A stretch of DNA of 49,175 bases from an uncultured Clostridia bacterium (GTDB lineage: Bacteria > Bacillota > Clostridia > TANB77 > CAG-508), in assembly GCA_944392505.1 (NCBI GenBank), contig CALXWU010000002.1, forward strand, positions 1 through 49,175, given 5' to 3'. Positions within the stretch are counted from its first letter, which is position 1. Every line of letters starts with the position of its first letter. The position numbers and the translations under genes were made by a program. Below are positions 37,186 through 44,347 of this stretch, in pieces. A model generated the notes under the pieces. That model worked only from the letters and a program-made list of their open reading frames with translations. It was not told where the DNA came from and did no database searches.

Positions 37186-39888
37186 ATGGAAAAGAAATTA
37201 AATGACAAATTTAATCCTAAAGATTTTGAAGACAGATTATATGAGGAATGGGAGAAAAAGGGCTACTTCAAACCTAATATGGATAAAACGAAAGAAAGCT
37301 ATTGTATTATGATGCCACCACCTAATGTAACAGGTAAACTTCATATGGGACATGCATTAGATGATACAATACAAGATATATTAATTCGTTTTAAAAGGAT
37401 GCAAGGGTATAATACTCTTTGGCTTCCTGGTTCAGATCATGCGGCTATTTCTACTGAAATGAAGGTAGTAGAGAAATTAAAAAAAGAAGGAAAAACAAAA
37501 CAAGATTTAGGAAGAGAAAAGTTCTTAGAAGAAGCTTGGGAGTGGACAAGGATATATGGAGGAACAATTCAAGAACAACAAAAGAAATTGGGATGTTCTT
37601 GTGATTGGGACAGAAGAAGATTTACTCTTGATGAAGGCTTATCTGATGCTGTTTTAGAACAATTTGTAGATTTATATAATAAAGGTTTAATTTACAAGGG
37701 AACAAGAATGATTAACTATTGCCCAAGTTGTAAAACCTCTATTTCTGATGCAGAAGTAGAGTATAAAGAGGAAGAAACGCATTTGTGGTATATAAGGTAT
37801 AAAATAACTGGCACAGAGGATAGATATATCACTGTTGCAACAACAAGACCAGAGACAATGTTAGGAGATACAGCAGTTGCAGTAAGCCCAACAGATGAAA
37901 GATATGAAGATTTAATAGGAAAAACTTGTATACTTCCAATTATGAATAAAGAAATACCAATTATTGCAGATGAATTTGTAGAAAAAGAATTTGGAACAGG
38001 TGCAGTAAAAATAACTCCAGCACATGATATGAATGATTATCAATCAGGGCTAAGGCATAATCTTGAAATCATTTCAGTTTTTGATGATGACAATAGAATG
38101 GGAGATCTAGTTCCTAAGTATAAAGGAATGGATTTGATGACTGCAAGGAAGGCAATTGTAGAGGATTTAAAAGTAATTGGAGCATTAGTAAAGACAGAGG
38201 ATTATGTTCACAATGTTGCAAAGTGTGAGAGGTGTAAAAATACAATTGAGCCAAAAGTTTCTGAGCAATGGTTTGTTGCAATGAAAGATTTAGCAAAAGC
38301 AGCAGCAGATTCTGTAAGAAATGGAGAAGTAAGGTTTATCCCTAAAAAATATGAAAAACAATATTTTAATTGGTTAGATAATATACAAGATTGGTGTATT
38401 TCAAGGCAATTATGGTGGGGACACAGGATTCCAGCATATTATTGTGAGAAATGTGGACATATAAATGTTGCGAAAAGTATGCCTGAAAAATGTGAAAAAT
38501 GCGGAAGTACACATTTGCATCAAGATGAAGATACATTAGACACTTGGTTTAGTAGTGCCTTGTGGCCATTTTCAACACTTGGCTGGCCAAATACAGAAGC
38601 AGAAGATTACAAAACTTTTTACCCAACAAATGTACTAGTAACTGGTTTTGATATTATTACTTTCTGGGTATCAAGAATGATGTCACAAGGAATAGAACTT
38701 ACAGGAAAAGCACCATTTAAAGATGTATTAATTCATGGCATGGTTCGTGATAGCCAAGGTAGGAAAATGTCTAAAACCTTAGGAAATGGAATTGATCCTA
38801 TAGAGATTATAGATGAGTACGGCGCTGATAGCTTAAGATTTGCAGTAATTTCAGGTACAACAATGGGAAATGATATTAGATATATGCCAGAGAAACTAGA
38901 GCAAGCTTCAAATTTTGCTAATAAAATATGGAATGCAGCTAAGTTTATATTAATGAACACTCCTGAAGAAGAAAAAGTAAAAGAATTTGAAAAAGCTTTA
39001 GAGTGTGAGGATAAATATAATTCGGATGCGCTAATGATTGAAGATAAATGGATTTTAAATAAGCTAGATAGATTAATAGCAGATGTAACTAGAAACTTAG
39101 AAAATTACGATTTGGGTGTAGCATTAGATAAAATATATAGTTTTATTTGGAATGAATTTTGTGACTGGTATATAGAAATGTGTAAATCACGTATATATAG
39201 CAATAATGAAGAAACTAAGATTGTAGTAAGTGGAATGTTGAATTATGTATTTGGCTCATCTTTAAGATTATTACATCCATTTATGCCATTTGTGACATCA
39301 GAAATATATTCAAAACTAATTTGTTCTGGAACAGAAGATTTAATAGTAGCAGAGTGGCCAACTATAAGAGATGAATTTGCATTTGACCAGGAAGAAGAGG
39401 CAATGGAAAAAATAAAAGAACTTATTGTAGGAATTAGAAATGTTAGAAGTACGAAGAATATACATCCAAGCAAAAAATCAGAGCTAGTTATAATAAGTTC
39501 TAAGTATAAAAAAGAGTTAGAAAATGCACAAGATATTTTGCTAAAGTTAGGATTTGCCGATAGAATAGAAGTATTTGAAAGCCGAGAAGGATTAGATAAA
39601 AATGAAGAAACAAAGGAAAAAGTTGACAATGCTATGTCTATAATTTTAAGTGACATAGAAGCAGATATTCCATTAAAAGGATTAGTAGACCTTGAAGAGG
39701 AGAAAAACAAATTAAAAAGTGAAATTACAAGACTTGAGGGAGAAGTAGCAAGAGGAGAAAAGATGTTGTCAAATCCAGGTTTTGTGAATAAAGCACCAGC
39801 AGCAAAAGTAAATGAAGAAAAAGAAAAACTAGCCCAATATAAAGAGATGCTAGAATCTGCAAAAGATAGATTAGAAAAATTAAAATAA
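37186..39888 (+). CDS. valS: Valine--tRNA ligase
   Basis: HIGH (PNVTGKLHMGHAL), KMSKS (GRKMSKTLGN), CP1 editing domain, C-terminal coiled coil. 900 aa. Confidence 0.95.
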   Translation: MEKKLNDKFNPKDFEDRLYEEWEKKGYFKPNMDKTKESYCIMMPPPNVTGKLHMGHALDDTIQDILIRFKRMQGYNTLWLPGSDHAAISTEMKVVEKLKKEGKTKQDLGREKFLEEAWEWTRIYGGTIQEQQKKLGCSCDWDRRRFTLDEGLSDAVLEQFVDLYNKGLIYKGTRMINYCPSCKTSISDAEVEYKEEETHLWYIRYKITGTEDRYITVATTRPETMLGDTAVAVSPTDERYEDLIGKTCILPIMNKEIPIIADEFVEKEFGTGAVKITPAHDMNDYQSGLRHNLEIISVFDDDNRMGDLVPKYKGMDLMTARKAIVEDLKVIGALVKTEDYVHNVAKCERCKNTIEPKVSEQWFVAMKDLAKAAADSVRNGEVRFIPKKYEKQYFNWLDNIQDWCISRQLWWGHRIPAYYCEKCGHINVAKSMPEKCEKCGSTHLHQDEDTLDTWFSSALWPFSTLGWPNTEAEDYKTFYPTNVLVTGFDIITFWVSRMMSQGIELTGKAPFKDVLIHGMVRDSQGRKMSKTLGNGIDPIEIIDEYGADSLRFAVISGTTMGNDIRYMPEKLEQASNFANKIWNAAKFILMNTPEEEKVKEFEKALECEDKYNSDALMIEDKWILNKLDRLIADVTRNLENYDLGVALDKIYSFIWNEFCDWYIEMCKSRIYSNNEETKIVVSGMLNYVFGSSLRLLHPFMPFVTSEIYSKLICSGTEDLIVAEWPTIRDEFAFDQEEEAMEKIKELIVGIRNVRSTKNIHPSKKSELVIISSKYKKELENAQDILLKLGFADRIEVFESREGLDKNEETKEKVDNAMSIILSDIEADIPLKGLVDLEEEKNKLKSEITRLEGEVARGEKMLSNPGFVNKAPAAKVNEEKEKLAQYKEMLESAKDRLEKLK

Positions 39889-39895
39889 AATTCTG

Positions 39896-39932
39896 GAACA
39901 AGGGGACACACAATTTGTTTCAAATTTGGGAC
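39896..39932 (+). repeat. Left inverted repeat of the GGGACAC family
   Basis: GAACAAGGGGACACACAATTTGTTTCAAATTTGGGAC matches the reverse complement of 40545-40581 at 31 of 37 positions, with a 16-nt perfect core. Confidence 0.7.
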
Positions 39933-39935
39933 AGA

Positions 39936-39974
39936 GGGACAGACATATAAAATATTCTATGTCTGTCCCTTTTG
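39936..39974. terminator. Bidirectional terminator between valS and the convergent 142-aa gene
   Basis: GGGACAGACATA / TATGTCTGTCCC 12-bp stem followed by TTTTG. The 3' arm can alternatively pair with 39897-39909. Confidence 0.75.
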
Positions 39975-39991
39975 TTCAAGCTACTGCAAAC

Positions 39992-40420
39992 CTACAAATA
40001 TTTTTTCAATTTCTCAATTGTATTTTCTTGGAATTGTATAAAATCATCTAAGATTTTTTGAGTTGTTTGATTTGCGTCAGGGTTCTGATTTTTTAATTTA
40101 ACCCCTTCAATTATTCCCATATTAGTTCCTTTTATCATCATTTCTGCAATATGAGAATTACTTTTATCAGCAATAGTGCTTATTTGAATATCCATATATC
40201 CCATGAATTTTTGCATAGGTGGAAGTTCGGCAGGAAGATCATTAAAATTTTGTAATTCAGTATTTACTCTATTCAAAATATCATTATATTGATTGTATTG
40301 ATAAATTAAATCATTTTTAAAATTATTATCTCCGACCTTTTCAGAAATGGTGGAAATAGAATCCATACCCATTTTTAATCCTTTGTTTACAGTATTTAAA
40401 ATATATTTCTCATTTCCCAT
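39992..40420 (-). CDS. Hypothetical helical protein (142 aa)
   Basis: ATG at 40420 with AAGGAA upstream. Predicted all-helical with a PAELPP linker. No family confidently recognised. Flanked by inverted repeats. Confidence 0.55.
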   Translation of the reverse strand: MGNEKYILNTVNKGLKMGMDSISTISEKVGDNNFKNDLIYQYNQYNDILNRVNTELQNFNDLPAELPPMQKFMGYMDIQISTIADKSNSHIAEMMIKGTNMGIIEGVKLKNQNPDANQTTQKILDDFIQFQENTIEKLKKYL

Positions 40421-40544
40421 CAAAATCACGTTCCTTATTTATATTTAGGTTTTATGGATTTACCTATAAACCAATTGTATTTATAAAATTATTTTACCCA
40501 CAATCAGAAAATTTATTACAATTACTTTTTATGTATGTCCATAT

Positions 40545-40581
40545 GTTTCAAATTTAAAACAAATTGTGTGTCACTTTGTTT
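40545..40581 (-). repeat. Right inverted repeat of the GGGACAC family
   Basis: The reverse complement AAACAAAGTGACACACAATTTGTTTTAAATTTGAAAC pairs with 39896-39932. Confidence 0.7.
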
Positions 40582-40592
40582 AAAAAATGAAA

Positions 40593-40603
40593 TTTGTCGA
40601 AAA
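40593..40603 (+). promoter_or_regulatory. Spo0A box TTTGTCGAAAA upstream of spoIIAA
   Basis: Perfect 0A core TGTCGAA about 90 nt upstream of spoIIAA. A sigma-H-like GGAAAAA...GAAT lies at about 40643-40664 with imperfect spacing. The spoIIA operon is Spo0A/sigma-H dependent in model species. Confidence 0.55.
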
Positions 40604-40688
40604 CTTTCTAAAATTCAACAAAACTTCTCATATTTTGCTATTGGAAAAAAATGTAAAAAAGAATATAATTAGAAAAAACTAAGGAGGG

Positions 40689-41012
40689 ATGTACTTGAAT
40701 ATCAATTTTATAAAACAGGACAAGCAATTAATTGTGGAAATTACTGAAGAAATAGACCACCATGTTGCAGAAAAGATAAGGAGGAAAGTAGATGATGAAA
40801 TTACAAGATATATGCCTAGAAAAACTATATTTGATTTCAGTAGGGTTACTTTTATGGATAGTGCAGGAATAGGAATGCTTATTGGAAGATATAAGATGAT
40901 GAGACTTATTGGAGGAAGTTTGGAGATTGTGAATGCAGGAAGTACCGTCAGTAGGATATTGGAAATGAGTGGAATAAATAAAATTATACCTATTGAAAAA
41001 ATGGCTATGTAG
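40689..41012 (+). CDS. spoIIAA: Anti-sigma-F factor antagonist SpoIIAA (STAS)
   Basis: STAS fold, DHH motif and phosphorylatable Ser context FMDSAGIG. First gene of the spoIIAA-AB-sigF triad. TTG at 40695 is an alternative start with better RBS spacing. Confidence 0.88.
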   Translation: MYLNINFIKQDKQLIVEITEEIDHHVAEKIRRKVDDEITRYMPRKTIFDFSRVTFMDSAGIGMLIGRYKMMRLIGGSLEIVNAGSTVSRILEMSGINKIIPIEKMAM

Positions 41013-41039
41013 AGTCAATTAAAAAGTGTCGCAGATAAT

Positions 41040-41098
41040 AGGTCTGTCCCCGAAACGACAAAGTTGTCGTTTTAGGGACTGGCTCCAAAGCGACAAAA
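41040..41098 (+). repeat. Three-arm repeat, type A copy 2, between spoIIAA and spoIIAB
   Basis: AGGTCTGTCCCCGAAACGACAAAGTTGTCGTTTTAGGGACTGGCTCCAAAGCGACAAAAGG. Its 3' end runs into the spoIIAB RBS AAGGAGG. Confidence 0.8.
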
Positions 41099-41112
41099 GG
41101 AGGATTTTTAAA

Positions 41113-41586
41113 ATGTATGATAATGAAATGAAATTAGAGTTTTTGAGCAAATCTAGCAATGAGGCTTTTGCTAGAATTACTATTGCTGCTTTTGCATCAC
41201 AACTTGATCCAACTATAGAGGAACTGGCAGATATTAAAACAGCTGTATCAGAAGCGGTAACCAATTGTATTATTCATGGCTATGAAGATGCGGAGGGGAT
41301 TATTAAAATTAAAGCGAGGTTAATAAAAAATACCATAGAAATAGAAATTTCGGATACTGGTAAAGGTATTGAAAATGTAGAGTTGGCACGTAAACCGTTA
41401 TATACAACTAAAGCAAATTTAGAAAGGTCTGGAATGGGCTTCACGATTATGGAAAGTTTTATGGATGATGTGGAAATTGATTCTGTATTTGGACTTGGAA
41501 CAAAAATAATAATGAAGAAAAAGATAAAAAAGCATTTGGTGGAGCTTAAAGAAGAAGAGTTTGCTGGATTAGGGGGAGTGGGCTAA
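41113..41586 (+). CDS. spoIIAB: Anti-sigma-F factor / Ser kinase SpoIIAB
   Basis: [34 protein letters not shown] aligns with the B. subtilis SpoIIAB N-terminus. HATPase motifs [24 protein letters not shown]. The track's 41026 start would translate the repeat. Confidence 0.9.
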   Translation: MYDNEMKLEFLSKSSNEAFARITIAAFASQLDPTIEELADIKTAVSEAVTNCIIHGYEDAEGIIKIKARLIKNTIEIEISDTGKGIENVELARKPLYTTKANLERSGMGFTIMESFMDDVEIDSVFGLGTKIIMKKKIKKHLVELKEEEFAGLGGVG

Positions 41587-42333
41587 TTGCTAGAACCTAG
41601 TTTATATGAAAATCAAGTGTCAGATATTATAGAAGCTCAAAACGGAGACAAATCTGCAATGGAAAAGTTAATAAATAACAACAATGGCTTAATCTGGAGT
41701 ATTGTAAAAAGGTTTATTGATAGAGGATATGAAACAGAGGATTTATATCAAATTGCAGTTATAGGTTTTATGAGAGCTATAAAAAAGTTTGATACTAGTT
41801 TTGAGGTAAAGCTTTCAACATATGCAGTACCATATATATTAGGTGATTTAAGAAGATATATGCAAACAGAAGGACCAATAAAAATAAGTAGATCAATTAA
41901 AGAGTTGTTATACAAGATATCGGAGCTAGAGAAAGAATATTTAAAAAAAGGAAAAGAGGCTAGTATAGAAGAAATCGCAAACGAGATAGGTGTAAGTAAA
42001 GAAGATATTGTAATGGCATTAGAAAGTAAAAAGCCGGTAAATTCAATTTATGAAAACGAGTCAGATGAAGAGGGCTTAAGTCTGATGGATAAAATTAGTA
42101 CCAATGTAGATGAACAGACTCTAATTGCAAACAAATTGACAATTTCAGAACTAATCGAGAATTTGGAAGAAAAAGAAAAACAAATTATACTTCTTAGATA
42201 TTTTAGAGGAAAAACTCAAACAGAGGTTGCTAAAGTTATGGGAGTTAATCAAGTACAAATTTCAAGAATAGAAAAAAGAGTTCTGGAATTGATGAAAAGA
42301 AAGCTTACAGACGATAGTGCTATTACAGCATAA
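41587..42333 (+). CDS. sigF: Sporulation sigma factor SigF
   Basis: Sigma-70 regions 2-4 (LIWSIVKRF, YAVPYILGDLRRY, TQTEVAKVMGVNQVQISRIEKR). TTG start directly after the spoIIAB stop. Confidence 0.9.
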   Translation: MLEPSLYENQVSDIIEAQNGDKSAMEKLINNNNGLIWSIVKRFIDRGYETEDLYQIAVIGFMRAIKKFDTSFEVKLSTYAVPYILGDLRRYMQTEGPIKISRSIKELLYKISELEKEYLKKGKEASIEEIANEIGVSKEDIVMALESKKPVNSIYENESDEEGLSLMDKISTNVDEQTLIANKLTISELIENLEEKEKQIILLRYFRGKTQTEVAKVMGVNQVQISRIEKRVLELMKRKLTDDSAITA

Positions 42334-42381
42334 ATAAAAATATAGGCACTACATGAGATTACATAGTGTAGATAATACAGA

Positions 42382-43407
42382 TTGGAAATGAAAATGAAAA
42401 AAATATTTATATATATGTTTGTTTTAATACTAATATGCTTTTCGTTACCGATAATTTTTACTTCTGAATTTTCTGCAAGGGTAAATTCTACTGCATCAGA
42501 AGCACAGAATACGGAAATAGTGCAAAATAATATAACACAAGCTACATATGATTATGACGAATATAACACAATAAAGCTGCTGCATAAAGATGAAAATAAA
42601 ATTGAAGAAATAGATTTAGATGAATATTTATATGGTGTTGTTTCTGCAGAAATGCCTGCTTCTTTTGAAGAAGAGGCTTTAAAAGCACAAGCTGTGGTTG
42701 CAAGAACTTATACAATATATAAAATTGTCAATAATGATGGAAAGCATGGAGAAGCCGATATATGTGATGACTCAACTTGTTGCCAAGCATGGATTTCAGA
42801 GCAAGACAGAAAAGATAGATGGGACGAAGACGAAAAAGAGGAGAATTGGAATAAGATTGTGAAGGCTGTAAATAGTACACCGGGGAAAATTGTAACCTAC
42901 AATGGAGAACCGATAAATGCTTTTTTTCATTCCAATAGCGGAGGAACAACAGAAGCACCGATTGAGGTATGGGGAGGAAGTGGTTACCCATACTTGCAAT
43001 CAGTTGCCACGGCTGGAGAAGATGCATACAGTCAATATAGTTCAGAAGCAGAGTTTACAGAAGCAGAATTTGAAGAAAAGATAAAAGAATTGCATAGTGA
43101 TTTTGAAATAGATTTTGAGGATGAAAATTGCATAAAAATAGAAGAGTATACAGAGGGAAACAGAGTAAAAACGATAAAAATTGGGAATTTAGAACTATCT
43201 GGAGTAGAAGTTAGAAACATATTTGGCTTAAGATCTGCCAATTTTACAGTAACAATCGAAGATAACAAAATTAAATTTGAGGTTATTGGTTATGGACATG
43301 GAGTTGGCATGAGCCAAACAGGAGCAGATAGTCTGGCAAAAGAGGGAAAAACTTATGAAGAAATAATTCATCATTATTATACAGGTGTAGAAATTGAAGA
43401 TATGTGA
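42382..43407 (+). CDS. spoIID: Stage II sporulation protein D (lytic transglycosylase)
   Basis: SpoIID/LytB domain: ALKAQAVVARTY, AFFHSNSGGTTE, GHGVGMSQ, with an N-terminal TM segment. Exact start is uncertain (42382, 42388 or 42394). Confidence 0.85.
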   Translation: MEMKMKKIFIYMFVLILICFSLPIIFTSEFSARVNSTASEAQNTEIVQNNITQATYDYDEYNTIKLLHKDENKIEEIDLDEYLYGVVSAEMPASFEEEALKAQAVVARTYTIYKIVNNDGKHGEADICDDSTCCQAWISEQDRKDRWDEDEKEENWNKIVKAVNSTPGKIVTYNGEPINAFFHSNSGGTTEAPIEVWGGSGYPYLQSVATAGEDAYSQYSSEAEFTEAEFEEKIKELHSDFEIDFEDENCIKIEEYTEGNRVKTIKIGNLELSGVEVRNIFGLRSANFTVTIEDNKIKFEVIGYGHGVGMSQTGADSLAKEGKTYEEIIHHYYTGVEIEDM

Positions 43408-43484
43408 AAAAAATTAATTTAAGCTGTATAAAACTCTCAAAAATGTAAATACTTATGATAATAAAATTTATAGGAGGAATTTTT

Positions 43485-44288
43485 ATGAGAAGAGAAAGAA
43501 GAGGATTTAATAAGGACAATATTGATTTTAAGAGAGTTCTATACATTGCAGGAGGTATTTTATCACTTTCAATTATTGCATTCATAGCAGTATTTATACT
43601 TTATGGTACAGGTGAGCAAGAACCAAGTCAAATAGCTAGATTTAATTCTTCAATTGTAGATGATTATTTAACAAATACAACAGAAGAAACAAGTACTCAG
43701 ATGGGAAAAACAGTAAATGAAGTTCAAGGAAATTCTATAAATGAGATAGATGGTGAAGTAGGAAACACTGGAGTAAGCAATGAAAATGATGAAACAAAAT
43801 ATGCTGTTAATACCAGTAAGGTTGAAGGAAATAAAGTAGAAGAAACAACAGTAGATAAGAAAGAAGAGGAAGAAGTAAAAGATCCAGAATTTAAGATGCC
43901 TGTAGAAGGAGAAATTTTAAGAGAATATGCAAAAGACAGCTTAGTATATTCTCCAACCTTGGATGAATGGATAACACATAATGGGCTAGACATAACAGCA
44001 GCAAAAACAACAGTTGTAAAAGCTTCAGCGGATGGAACGGTAAAATCTATAAAAAATGATCCTAGATATGGACTTACAGTAGTAATTGAACATGTAAATG
44101 GCTTCACAAGTGTTTACTCAAACTTATTAACAGCAGAATTCATTGAAGAAGGAGAAGAAGTAAAACAGGGGCAAACCATTGCAACAGTTGGTAATACTGC
44201 AACATTTGAGATCGCAGATGAATCACATCTTCATTTTGAAATATTAAAAAATAATGAAAATGTCGATCCAGAATTATATATAAAGTAG
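43485..44288 (+). CDS. spoIIQ: M23/LytM-domain membrane protein, SpoIIQ-like
   Basis: N-terminal TM segment, low-complexity linker, LytM domain with intact HxxxD (HNGLD) and HxH (HLHFE). Adjacent to spoIID, as I recall for C. difficile. RBS AGGAGG. Confidence 0.65.
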   Translation: MRRERRGFNKDNIDFKRVLYIAGGILSLSIIAFIAVFILYGTGEQEPSQIARFNSSIVDDYLTNTTEETSTQMGKTVNEVQGNSINEIDGEVGNTGVSNENDETKYAVNTSKVEGNKVEETTVDKKEEEEVKDPEFKMPVEGEILREYAKDSLVYSPTLDEWITHNGLDITAAKTTVVKASADGTVKSIKNDPRYGLTVVIEHVNGFTSVYSNLLTAEFIEEGEEVKQGQTIATVGNTATFEIADESHLHFEILKNNENVDPELYIK

Positions 44289-44347
44289 TAGCATATTTTT
44301 TAAAAATATGCTATATTTTATGTGATAAATATGGCAAGGAGGAAATA

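Noticed and set aside
40641-40670. Sigma-H promoter call for spoIIAA (GGAAAAA...GAAT).
   Set aside because: It is not listed as a separate feature. The -35 reads TGGA rather than AGGA and the spacing is about 2 nt short of consensus, so it is only mentioned as context for the 0A box.
41026-41112. N-terminal extension of spoIIAB ([29 protein letters not shown]) as drawn in the track.
   Set aside because: The extension is a translation of the repeat element. A strong AAGGAGG lies 9 nt upstream of the internal ATG at 41113, and the protein from there aligns with the SpoIIAB N-terminus.
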